Source: a virus (taxonomy: Duplodnaviria; Caudoviricetes). From it: 55,163 nucleotides of DNA. The translations under genes and the position numbers were made by a program. The stretch lies in the IMG/VR virus record IMGVR_UViG_3300021976_000002, positions 1 to 55,163 of that record. The stretch is one strand, 5' to 3'. Shown here in pieces: positions 28,487-37,563 of the stretch (positions are counted from its first letter, which is position 1; each line of letters opens with the position of its first letter). The notes under the pieces were generated by a model, which made no database searches, was not told where the DNA came from, and was given only the letters and a program-made list of their open reading frames with translations.

Positions 28487-28646
28487 GGGCGCGTAGCACT
28501 TTGGTAGTGCAGCCTGAGCCTCGATGGTTGAACGGGTTGATCGCCGTTACCAGGTCGAAACTTATGTGCATGAAACCCTTACTAGTAGGGGAGTAATGCA
28601 TACTAAGGGCTTCAGGAAGAACGTGGTTCGATCCCACGCGTGTCCA
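28487..28646 (+). ncRNA. tRNA-like RNA 2 with an approximately 87-nt two-hairpin domain replacing the anticodon loop
   Basis: Acceptor GGGCGCG/CGTGTCC plus A; D-arm GCACT-TTGGT-AGTGC; CCTGAGCC/GGCTTCAGG stem; T-arm CGTGG-TTCGATC-CCACG. Confidence 0.75.
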
Positions 28647-28746
28647 CGGTTGAACTCGGACTCGTAATCCGGTGTGTCAACAAGTGGCTGGCAGGCTGCG
28701 TGCGCTGGTGCCTGAGACGGCTGCCACTGTCTCAGGGCCAGCGTAT

Positions 28747-28822
28747 GGACTGGTAGCTCAGAGGTCAGAGCAAGGGACTCTTAATCCCTGGGTCGTGGGT
28801 TCGACTCCCACTCAGTCCACCA
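28747..28822 (+). tRNA. tRNA-Lys(CUU)
   Basis: Canonical 76-nt cloverleaf: AGGGA-CTCTTAA-TCCCT anticodon arm, GTGGG-TTCGACT-CCCAC T-arm, encoded CCA. Confidence 0.95.
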
Positions 28823-28946
28823 GGGGATAGGATAGGCTGATTACCTATCTGAAGGGAGCTAATCACTCCTAGAGGTTACGGGCACTGGGTTCGTCGCTTC
28901 GTCCCCGTCTACGTTAACAGGATGCGACTAACAAAGGAGAGAGGCA

Positions 28947-29198
28947 ATGACCGATACAGAACAGCCAACCCTGGCACACATTGCAGCCGACGGACTGACC
29001 GAGACAGAGGGGCTTCCGGAAGACGCACTGCACCTGTTGCGCCTCCTCGGGACGATGGACTATGGCGTCGTCTACGAGTCAGCGTTGGTCGTCCAGTCCT
29101 TCCTGGAGCGTTCGCGAGGTTGGGATGGACCCATTGCCCTAGGTGTGCGAGCTGAGCTCCTACGTCAGCTTCGAAACTACGAGCAGGCCCCACGATGA
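28947..29198 (+). CDS. Hypothetical protein
   Basis: AAGGAG RBS. Confidence 0.6.
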   Translation: MTDTEQPTLAHIAADGLTETEGLPEDALHLLRLLGTMDYGVVYESALVVQSFLERSRGWDGPIALGVRAELLRQLRNYEQAPR

Positions 29199-29464
29199 GC
29201 GGGCCTCCAGGTGCACAGAACTTCCACGTCTGGCAACAGCAAACCACCAGCCTGGTGAACACTGCACAAAGCCGGGCGAAGAAGGCCGACAAGACCGCAG
29301 CCAAGTTCGAGAAGGACTACCGCCGAGCCGTCTCCCTAGGTGATCGCGCGCAGGCGATAAAGATCCAGAAGCAGATGGACAAGGCTACCAAGGAGTCCAT
29401 CAAGCACAGCAAGGAGGCCAAGCGCCTCGCGAAGCAGGGCAAGAAGAAGAGCTGGTGGAACTAG
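29195..29464 (+). CDS. Basic helical hypothetical protein
   Basis: ATGA overlap with the upstream gene; Lys-rich. Confidence 0.65.
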   Translation: MSGPPGAQNFHVWQQQTTSLVNTAQSRAKKADKTAAKFEKDYRRAVSLGDRAQAIKIQKQMDKATKESIKHSKEAKRLAKQGKKKSWWN

Positions 29465-29536
29465 GAGTTGCCCTAGCGCAGCACATGCGATACACTTCAA
29501 GAGACAGCAAGCGACCACAACCCGAAAGGACCGATC

Positions 29537-29911
29537 ATGAGCATCAACCCGAACGAGCCGCAGCCAGTAGGTGGCGTCAGCATCAACAGCACGAGCACAG
29601 GAGTGTGGGGCTTCGTTGCAGTCCTAGCTCTGGCTATCGGTGGAGCAGTTGGCTACGGCCTGGCCTCCGGTGGCAGCAGCACCGATGCGTCGGTGTGCCT
29701 CGAGTTCATCGACGCCTCCGAGAAGGCTTTGGACTACAGCGTGGAGGCTTTGGGCTATGCCTCCGATGGAATGATGGCAGGTGCCAACTTCGACATCCAG
29801 GCTATCGAGCGTTCGACCGACAAGCTCTACACGCTCTCGGATGAGATCGACGCACACGCCCCCACTTTCCAGTCCACGCGTGACGAGTGCCGCGCGGCCG
29901 TAGGAGAGTAG
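29537..29911 (+). CDS. Membrane-anchored helical protein
   Basis: One TM segment followed by a Cys-bracketed helical bundle. Confidence 0.7.
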   Translation: MSINPNEPQPVGGVSINSTSTGVWGFVAVLALAIGGAVGYGLASGGSSTDASVCLEFIDASEKALDYSVEALGYASDGMMAGANFDIQAIERSTDKLYTLSDEIDAHAPTFQSTRDECRAAVGE

Positions 29912-29961
29912 AACACCACAGGGTAATCGTCAGCCGCTTCAACCCAAGAGAGGACCGAGTC

Positions 29962-30300
29962 GTGGCTAACACCAAGGAGCGTGACCCGCTCGAGCAGTTG
30001 GAGGACTACCTCAAGGAAGAGATGGTCCGTGCTGCCAAGCTGTACAAGGCTATGGAGGAACTTAACAACCCTCCGCCTCCGAAGTACAGGTACATTCCCA
30101 TCCAGGAGCTCCGCCCTGGGGACAAGCTCATCGTCAAGTTCGGACGCAACAGCGAGATCCAGAAGACAGCTGTGGTGGCTTCCGTCGAAGAGGGTAGCAA
30201 GTTCGGTGGCTGCTCCAAGCGTGACTACCACGTCACCGTTCAGGGCTCGACCGTCACGCAGTGCTGGAGCCGAGTTGGAAGGGTACCGGTGAAGAACTGA
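29962..30300 (+). CDS. Hypothetical protein
   Basis: GAGGA RBS before GTG; IQELRPGD beta-domain. Confidence 0.6.
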   Translation: MANTKERDPLEQLEDYLKEEMVRAAKLYKAMEELNNPPPPKYRYIPIQELRPGDKLIVKFGRNSEIQKTAVVASVEEGSKFGGCSKRDYHVTVQGSTVTQCWSRVGRVPVKN

Positions 30301-30695
30301 TGGGCAAGAACTTCGAACAAGAAGGCAGCCGCGGAGGACGTTTCGTTCCCGAGCACAAGCCCGTCGAGCTCCTGGACACCATCGAAGGTTTTCTGGACGA
30401 GGACTTCCCCGAGACCAACGGAGAGGTCATCACGGGCGAGATCGTTAACGTCACCGATGTTGACCCTCTAGGACACGTTACCATTGACTCGCTGCGCCGC
30501 GACCTGGAGAGCACTCCCATCTACGCCGAGCTCGTCGAGGCGATGGGCAACCCGTGGGTCGAAGTGACCGCACACGAGGAGAAGGTCAACGACTGGCATA
30601 CCGAGGTCATGCGTGAGCAACTCGAGATGCGAAGGATCATCGACGAGGGACTCCCGACGCCTGCCGAACAGTTTAGGGCGCTGACCCAGGCATGA
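30300..30695 (+). CDS. Acidic hypothetical protein
   Basis: TGATG coupling with the upstream gene. Confidence 0.6.
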   Translation: MGKNFEQEGSRGGRFVPEHKPVELLDTIEGFLDEDFPETNGEVITGEIVNVTDVDPLGHVTIDSLRRDLESTPIYAELVEAMGNPWVEVTAHEEKVNDWHTEVMREQLEMRRIIDEGLPTPAEQFRALTQA

Positions 30696-31129
30696 TCAAC
30701 ATCACCCACCCCCAAGGAGAGACCGTACGGACCATACTCAGTTGGAACTTCACGGAGTGGGTCGACCAGGCCCTCGACATCGTCAAGGACAAACACCACG
30801 GGACCGAACCCTCAGGGAGGTAAGAACTGTGGAGCGTCTTCAGGCACTGAGCGTAGTGGACTGGTTCTTTCTGTTCATCCTGCTCGTCATAGTTGGTGGC
30901 GGATTCATGTACGGTGGGTACGTCGCCAAGCGTCCGTACGGCAACCTCAAGAACAACCTACCGCGGAACAAACACTAACGTTTCCTGTGACGACACGACA
31001 ATTAAATTCATCAAGTCACTAGCGTGACATTGCAGAGACAGTGTAGTAGAATATAGATACAAGCAAGGGGAGCTGAGGGGCTTCCCGATCAAGGGGCCGC
31101 CGCAGAGCGGCAGAGAGAAGGATTACATC

Positions 31130-31594
31130 ATGGCACGGAACCGCAACGCCGAGGTCGACGTTCCCGACTCGAGCGAGACCGACGCTCCGGAGTCGACCGA
31201 GGCGAAGGCCCCCAAGGGCCCGAAGCGTGGCGAGCTCCCCGAGGGCTTCGTCACCCCGATCGGCCTGGCCAAGGAACTCACCACGCGTGGGCTCCACACC
31301 AACCGCGATGGTGAGACCGTCGAGGTCAAGCCGCAGATGGTGTACTCGTACATCAAGAACGCTCCTGCGGACCACCCCTTCCCGCTTCAGTCGGTGGAGG
31401 ACAGCAACGGTACCGCGCGCCAGGTCGTGAGCCTGGAAGAGGGCCTTGCATGGTGGGTCGAGAAGACCGAGCGTGCGCAGGCTCGTCGGGCGAACGCCGC
31501 TGAGAAGCGGACCGCCAAGGAGCAGCGCGCCGCTGAGCGGACCGCCAAGGCTGAGGCTGAGGGCGACACCTCGGAGGTCACCGAGGCTGAGTGA
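31130..31594 (+). CDS. HTH DNA-binding protein (paralog family, copy 2)
   Basis: VTPIGLAKEL...VKPQMVYSYIKN. Has its own promoter and terminator; Ala/Lys/Glu-rich tail. Confidence 0.75.
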   Translation: MARNRNAEVDVPDSSETDAPESTEAKAPKGPKRGELPEGFVTPIGLAKELTTRGLHTNRDGETVEVKPQMVYSYIKNAPADHPFPLQSVEDSNGTARQVVSLEEGLAWWVEKTERAQARRANAAEKRTAKEQRAAERTAKAEAEGDTSEVTEAE

Positions 31595-31644
31595 TCGAAG
31601 ACGTCACATGCCGTAACGTCTTCCGGGGAAGTCACTCACAGGAG

Positions 31645-31683
31645 GCCCTCGTCACCCGCTAAGGGTGGCGGGGGCTTTCCCTT
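31645..31683 (+). terminator. Intrinsic terminator
   Basis: GCCCTCGTCACCC/GGGTGGCGGGGGC stem followed by TTTCCCTT. Confidence 0.7.
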
Positions 31684-31785
31684 GCTCTCACGTACTCTAA
31701 CGGTTCCAGTTACAGTACATAGAGATATATGGTCGTTAGGAAAAGCCCATTGAGTGGCTACTATAGGACACTATATAATAAAGAT

Positions 31786-32031
31786 ATGATGATGAGAACA
31801 AAGGGAAGGCATAAGCTTGTTAGCATAAAGCTGTCTCGCAAGCAATGCCAATATGTTCTGGACGCACTCGATGTCTATGAAGATGGACTTAGTGAGGCCA
31901 GAGTTGAGACAGCAGATGACAATGGCTTTGTTAGCATCCACGAACTCCTAGACGTAGCCTCCGGTTACTCTGAGGACCAGAAGGCCATCGAAGACATTCG
32001 ACGAAAGGTTCACTATGTCGTCCGCGACTGA
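31786..32031 (+). CDS. Hypothetical protein, probably leaderless
   Basis: TTGAGT-18-TATAAT-6-ATG. Confidence 0.55.
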   Translation: MMMRTKGRHKLVSIKLSRKQCQYVLDALDVYEDGLSEARVETADDNGFVSIHELLDVASGYSEDQKAIEDIRRKVHYVVRD

Positions 32032-32434
32032 GACTCCCGAAGAGGTAACTCTTCCGGCCCTCTACTACCACTGCATCGAAATCTACGAGGCGATGAGCGA
32101 CGTCGCCACCGAGGTCAAGATGGACACTGGTGCTACCTCTCTGGTGTACGAAGGCTTCCTTACCTCACTGGTGACGAAGCAGCAGAACCTGTCCGTGCCT
32201 TACTACACGGACGTGACTCGTGCTCTGCGTCGCATGGGGTGCATCAAGCAGCTTCGCCGAGGAGGAGGTACCGCACCCTCCCAATGGGAACTCTTTCATC
32301 CTCCCAACCAGCAACTGTTCGAAACGGCCAAGGCTCCCACTAGGTCGAAGCGTGCCTCCGACGTCGAGGGCATGCAGCAACAGATCCGAGACCTCAACGA
32401 GCGCGTGCTGCGCCTCGAGCAAGCCCGTAGCTAG
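32015..32434 (+). CDS. Putative winged-helix DNA-binding protein
   Basis: YYTDVTRALRRMGCIKQLRRGG pattern with a coiled-coil tail. Confidence 0.55.
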   Translation: MSSATETPEEVTLPALYYHCIEIYEAMSDVATEVKMDTGATSLVYEGFLTSLVTKQQNLSVPYYTDVTRALRRMGCIKQLRRGGGTAPSQWELFHPPNQQLFETAKAPTRSKRASDVEGMQQQIRDLNERVLRLEQARS

Positions 32435-32450
32435 GAAGCTCACAATCGCT

Positions 32451-32528
32451 GTCTAACGCAAGATCCCAAGCGCCTGCGAGTAAACGGTTAGGGTGTAAAT
32501 GATCTTGCGTTAGACTCGCATCTAGACA
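32451..32528. repeat. Intergenic element B: 15-bp perfect inverted repeat
   Basis: GTCTAACGCAAGATC (32451-32465) and GATCTTGCGTTAGAC (32501-32515). Confidence 0.8.
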
Positions 32529-33307
32529 GTCAGGAGAGGATCATGCTATTCTGGTACGCCGACCTTACCTACTACCGCCGGACTTGGTGCAGCAAGAAGA
32601 TCACCTGGTCGCACAGTCGTGGGGACTGCCGCTTCGAAAAGAACCACAGTGGTCCCTGCAAGCCTGGCGCGCGACGGGTGTGAGGAGAGGATCATGGTAT
32701 GTACTGAGTGTGAGACGGTGGAAGAAAGATCCCTGTGTCAAGAAGCTCCTGTACAGATCGTGACCAAGCCCTGTGCCAAGTGTGTAGTGATCTATAGACG
32801 GAAGGTAGGAGATGTTGTCATGGGACAATACATAGTGAGGCACCCAACACCTATTCCTATGCACGACTCCCCAGGCAAGCCTCCTGCGTCGCGTCTGAAT
32901 AGGACTGGCGAGTACCTTACTGATGCACAGGAGCGAAGGCTTCAAGACGTAACAGACAGAGCCAACGTCGAATTCAGATCGGCAATGGGAGCTATCGCCT
33001 CGACGGGCATTACAGTCGGCTGCCCACATCGCAATACAGACCCTGTAGTTAGTTTAGACATTGAGGTCGCTCGGCTATGCCTTGACTGTGGCAAGCAACT
33101 CGAGACAGCATACACCAGAGAGTTCGCCCAGCGACCTGACCCAGGAATCATTACTGACAATGGGCTTGATATACATGCACCGATCAAGATGGAAACAATC
33201 GGACCTGCAGAGGGCTGGGTCGTTTCTATCGTCGCATGTCTATTTGGTGTCGCACTGTTCTTCCTGATCTTCTGGCTACCACTGTGGCTATTCAACAATA
33301 GGTAGAT

Positions 33308-33414
33308 AGTCTATCTGATAGTCTAACATATCCCTATCCAACTACACGCAGCTAGGGGACTTCTCTTGTTAGACTCCAAGAGACTCGCAGAGACCTATAA
33401 GCAACGCTGAGCTC
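33308..33414. repeat. Intergenic element C: inverted and phased AGTCT/AGACT repeats
   Basis: AGTCT at 33308 and 33320; AGAC(T) at 33371, 33381 and 33391. Confidence 0.8.
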
Positions 33415-33502
33415 AATAGCTTAGAGAAGCAGCGTGTGAGGGGCCGAGGGTACGTGGTATGATAGCCAAGACAACGAACACATAGCCGCCAAGAGGAGAC
33501 CG

Positions 33503-33760
33503 ATGGACGGCAAGGAGAAAGTGACAGCGAGTACAGATGAGCTCGTCAAGCAGATGCAGCACGACGAACTCGATGGTGCGGAGAAGCTTAGCATTCGAGA
33601 CTATGCTAGGATGCGCAGCATGCAACCACAGCTTGTGCATTACTACATCAGTCAGGGAAGGCTCAAGCCAGAGACTTGCATCTGTGGTCGTAAGGTTCTC
33701 GACGTGAAGGATGCGGACGATTTCTTTGCGACCAAGAAGGATCGACGCACGCATGGATGA
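33503..33760 (+). CDS. HTH DNA-binding protein (paralog family, copy 3)
   Basis: LSIRDYARMRSMQPQLVHYYISQGRL; GAGGAG RBS. Confidence 0.75.
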   Translation: MDGKEKVTASTDELVKQMQHDELDGAEKLSIRDYARMRSMQPQLVHYYISQGRLKPETCICGRKVLDVKDADDFFATKKDRRTHG

Positions 33761-34022
33761 TCTGCATCGCGAACTGATCAAGAGCGGACGGAAGGTATAC
33801 CGAAGGCGCCGCAAGTTTCAAGGCGCGGACTGGACACCTCCGTCTGTCAGTTCGGTGAAGCAGGATGGTCTATGGTGTAGGGCATGCAGACAGCACCACG
33901 GATATATGTCCATGGGGATGTCGTATAATAAGAGCTCGAGCGGTTGGGAGCTACTCTGGCTCTGTAGGAAAACAGGAGACGTGCTCGACACCACTAGGCT
34001 AGGAGAGAGCCGTGGGACGTGA
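33753..34022 (+). CDS. Hypothetical protein
   Basis: WCRAC...WLC; overlap coupling. Confidence 0.55.
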   Translation: MDDLHRELIKSGRKVYRRRRKFQGADWTPPSVSSVKQDGLWCRACRQHHGYMSMGMSYNKSSSGWELLWLCRKTGDVLDTTRLGESRGT

Positions 34023-34320
34023 ACTGACCATCGAGGAGAAGGCTCTAGTCGAGTCCCAAATTGCCAACCTAGAGATCGCACTCGGTCGTGCATTGGAGAA
34101 GCTCGATAGCTACGTCGAAGGTCACGTGGCCGTCCCTGCCCTCTTTGCCCTCGTGGACAACCTACATGAGAACGGGATGATCAACATCATCGCCTCTGGA
34201 GACCTCACGACCGTCCTCAAGAAGATCAGTGCGGCAGCCTACCTGTGCGGCTTCGAGATGGGTCGGACCAACAACTTCCTGTATGAGTTCAATGACCTGT
34301 GTGACCACAACGAGGAGTAG
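34012..34320 (+). CDS. Hypothetical protein
   Basis: AGGAG RBS. Confidence 0.6.
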   Translation: MGRELTIEEKALVESQIANLEIALGRALEKLDSYVEGHVAVPALFALVDNLHENGMINIIASGDLTTVLKKISAAAYLCGFEMGRTNNFLYEFNDLCDHNEE

Positions 34321-34323
34321 TCC

Positions 34324-34755
34324 ATGATCATGGTGGGCTTTCCCATTGAACGGTTCCTAGCCAAGGCAGACAAGCAAGAAGATCATTGGCTATGGACTGG
34401 CGCTAAGGGAGGCAGCAGTAAGACCTATGGCGTCTTTACTTGGGTTGCTGGACCAGAAGAACAATACACCAAGATGGCTCATGTCTGGTCGTATTTATAT
34501 TTCGTCGGTCCCATTCCTCAAGACTATGAAGTGGATCATAGATGTAAGATTCGACTATGTGTACGACCCGAATGCCTAGAGGCTGTCACTAAAGAAGTCA
34601 ACAACATTCGTAAGCGAAAGACCCATTGTAAGAATGGTCACGAGCTTACACCTGAAAATGTCTATGTCCATCCTAGCACAGGCAGCATCCATGGATGCAA
34701 GAAGTGCCGAAGAGAAGCCTTTCTTAAATGGAAAGGTCGAGGAGGTGATGCCTAA
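34324..34755 (+). CDS. HNH homing endonuclease
   Basis: WLWTG, YGVF, AHVWSY, VDHRC..RLCVRP..LEAVT..N motifs, plus a THCKNGHE...CKKC zinc module. Confidence 0.9.
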   Translation: MIMVGFPIERFLAKADKQEDHWLWTGAKGGSSKTYGVFTWVAGPEEQYTKMAHVWSYLYFVGPIPQDYEVDHRCKIRLCVRPECLEAVTKEVNNIRKRKTHCKNGHELTPENVYVHPSTGSIHGCKKCRREAFLKWKGRGGDA

Positions 34756-36238
34756 TGTCTCTTAACCTTTACCCCTTCCAGAAGGAAGATATCGCCAAGC
34801 TCGAAGCACATGGCTCTGGCCTAATTGGTTCAGAGATGGGTTAGGTACCGGAAAAACTCACGAGGCGATTGCTCTCGACGAGGCATGGTACTCCAACAGG
34901 CCCACCCTAGTCATTGCCCCCTTGAACACATTCGACTCTTGGCAAGAGAAGTATGGCACACAGTCATCGCAGTCGGATGTCACGGTCATCGATAGGAAGA
35001 ACCGTACCAAGTTCCTCGATGCCATTCGCAAGCGACAGGGCGATGTCTTCTTGATGCACTGGGACGCACTGAGACTAATGCCTGAGCTTCGCAACATTCA
35101 ATTCGGTACCATCATTGGCGATGAGGTCCACCGCATTGCGAACCGAAAGGCCCAGAGCACTCTCGCAGCTAAGAAGTTGCAGGCACTCCACAAGCTAGGT
35201 CTGTCCGGCACAGCCACGGGCGATCAGCCAGCCAACCTGTGGTCTGTGCTCAGCTGGTTGTACCCGAAACAGTATTCCAGTTACTGGCGGTTCAGGAAGA
35301 GGTACTGTGTTGAGGAACTTGTCGGAGACCCAACTGGACGCACTCGCGGCTATACTAAGATCACCGGTGTCCAGAATGTGGCTCAGCTCCATGAAGAGCT
35401 CGAACCCTTCTTCGTGCGGCACCTCAAGCGAGAGCAGTGCTGCGACCATCACCCCGACGGAGTCATGGACTGGCTCCCCGACAAAACGTACGAGTCCATT
35501 TGGGTCCAGCTCACTCCTACCCAACGACGGTTCTACGAACAGATGCGAAAGGAAATGGTGGCCTGGGTTGGCGAGCATGAGAATAGCCCACTCATGGCCT
35601 CGGTCGTCGTCGCGCAGATGGTTCGTCTGAGCCAGATGGCCCTAGCCACTCCTGAGATCTACACCAAGATGGTTCGTCATCGTAAGCCTGATGGAACATT
35701 GAGTGACCCTGAACCTGTAGAGGCCGTCAAGCTCCTGGAGCCGTCCTCGAAGCTTGATGCTGTACAGGAGAGGCTACTGGACCATGGGAGCAAACAGTTC
35801 GTTGTAGCATCCTCGTCCAAGCAGATCTGTTACCTGGCTCAGGAGAAGTTCGCCAAGAAAGGTATCAGCTCGTTCGTCCTTAGCGGTGACACACCACAGG
35901 AGGAACGAGATGGAATGGTGCAGCGCTTTGTCAACGGAGACACACAGCTCTTCATTGGTGTCATCGAAGCTATGGCGGAGGGTATTGATGGACTGCAGCA
36001 TGCAACAGACACGATGATCTTCCTCGACAGGTCCTGGCGGACGGTAAAGAACAAGCAGTGCGAAGATCGTCTGCACCGAGATGGACAGAAGGACACTGTG
36101 CAGATCATTGACGTCATTGCACGTGACACTCTGGACATGGGCCGACTCCAGAGGCTCGAGACCAAGTGGTCATGGATCAAATCGATTCTCGGCGACCCAG
36201 CTAAGGCACAGGAACTCGTACTGAAAGGAATGATGTAA
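34755..36238 (+). CDS. SNF2-like DNA helicase interrupted by a 5-nt insert in Walker A
   Basis: A 29-aa ORF (LYPFQ...SEMG, stop at 34842-34844) is followed in another frame by TGKT, DEVH, LSGT, EGID and QCEDRLHRDGQ motifs. Confidence 0.85.
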
Positions 36239-36831
36239 TGGCTGACAACGGATATCTGGATAGAGATGCATCTGGATGGGAGGAGCAGAGACAAAAGCTA
36301 TTCTATATTCACACTAGCCTACCTGACTTGCCTCCTCCTAAGCTTCCACCCCTTCAGGATCTAAGTGGGTACTTCGAACCAACTGGATTCAAGGGTTGGC
36401 CCCAAGCTAGCTTCGACGAGGCCTCAAGGAAGATGGGTGAGGCCATGACTGACATCGTGGAGAAGGGCCGTAGAGCACAAGTAGAATTAGAAGAGATGCA
36501 GATCAAGGAGAGGATTAGAATGACCAGCACTGACAACATCAAGAAGCAAATCGCCTACCTGTATGGCGAACTCGAGAAGCGTGATAGGTGGGGCGACGAC
36601 ATCTACGAAGATAGTGAGATCATTGCCTTCACCAAGACCTTCACCAATAACCACCACGCTGGGGAATACTACTACGCAGCTATCAAGGCTGACGGTAAGT
36701 GGTACATCACCGGTAACTACGAGTCTGGTCACCCCAGGACTTGGGAAGAACTGATCGAGTGGTTCGATGCCAAGGGTAGTGTCAAGGACGTTCGCGTGGT
36801 AGTCAAGACCAAGAAGCTAGGTGCCTCATAG
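36238..36831 (+). CDS. Hypothetical protein
   Basis: YYYAAIKADGKWYITG...WEELIEW C-terminal domain. Confidence 0.65.
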   Translation: MADNGYLDRDASGWEEQRQKLFYIHTSLPDLPPPKLPPLQDLSGYFEPTGFKGWPQASFDEASRKMGEAMTDIVEKGRRAQVELEEMQIKERIRMTSTDNIKKQIAYLYGELEKRDRWGDDIYEDSEIIAFTKTFTNNHHAGEYYYAAIKADGKWYITGNYESGHPRTWEELIEWFDAKGSVKDVRVVVKTKKLGAS

Positions 36832-37055
36832 TGGATGTCACAGTCGAGGTGAAGAAGACCTTTACGTTCGTACTCTCCGAGACAGAGGTCTACGGTCTTC
36901 GAACGGCTCTCCTAGAACTTACTAGGGAGGTCTGGAGCAAGCTTCCTAATGGAGGTCCAGAGAAGGACTACTACGGGATGGTCAAAGAGCTTCTTGAACA
37001 GACAGAGCCTAGAGGCAATGGCTTCTACTTCCCTCCGGAGACAGACCTTGAGTAA
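36831..37055 (+). CDS. Hypothetical protein
   Basis: Operon packing. Confidence 0.5.
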   Translation: MDVTVEVKKTFTFVLSETEVYGLRTALLELTREVWSKLPNGGPEKDYYGMVKELLEQTEPRGNGFYFPPETDLE

Positions 37056-37563
37056 CATTACCGGACGACACCTGCTAGAGACTGTAGCAGAGCAGGCCGA
37101 AAGACTAGCTCGCCCGAGTGCTCTTGCTGTGATGCCTAGTCTCCGCATTCTCATTCCTGTGTGGCTTTCCTTGAAGACAACGTACCCTCTGGGAGATGCT
37201 GAGCGAGACGGTCGCGCACGACGTTGGACTAACACCAACAGTCTCATGCTTGTTCACATGGAAATCTTTGAACGTTCTACCGAAGATAACAGTCGGGATG
37301 CAAAGCTCAACAAGAAGATCCGGAAGGAGCTCGAGCGTGACTGAGATCAGAGGGAATTACGTCTTCGATGCCAAGCGTATCGACCTGGCTGTATGTAGGG
37401 AACAGGCACAGCGAAGGGCTAAGGGGGACATTCGGAACACACCTGAGCCAACAATGATTCACATTCATCACGCCGATCACTCCTGCCTGAACAAGATGCA
37501 CGAGCGTATCAACATCGATGGGACGATCGACATCTTCGCTGGAGAAGTAAGCAGGGTGACAGA

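Noticed and set aside
28487-28646. Canonical tmRNA or group I intron-containing tRNA
   Set aside because: The insert of about 87 nt is too short for either, a D-stem is present, and no tag ORF or intron core was recognised.
34840-34844. GTTAG insert as a GT-AG intron
   Set aside because: There is no spliceosome in a bacterial host and five nt is too short; the match is coincidental.
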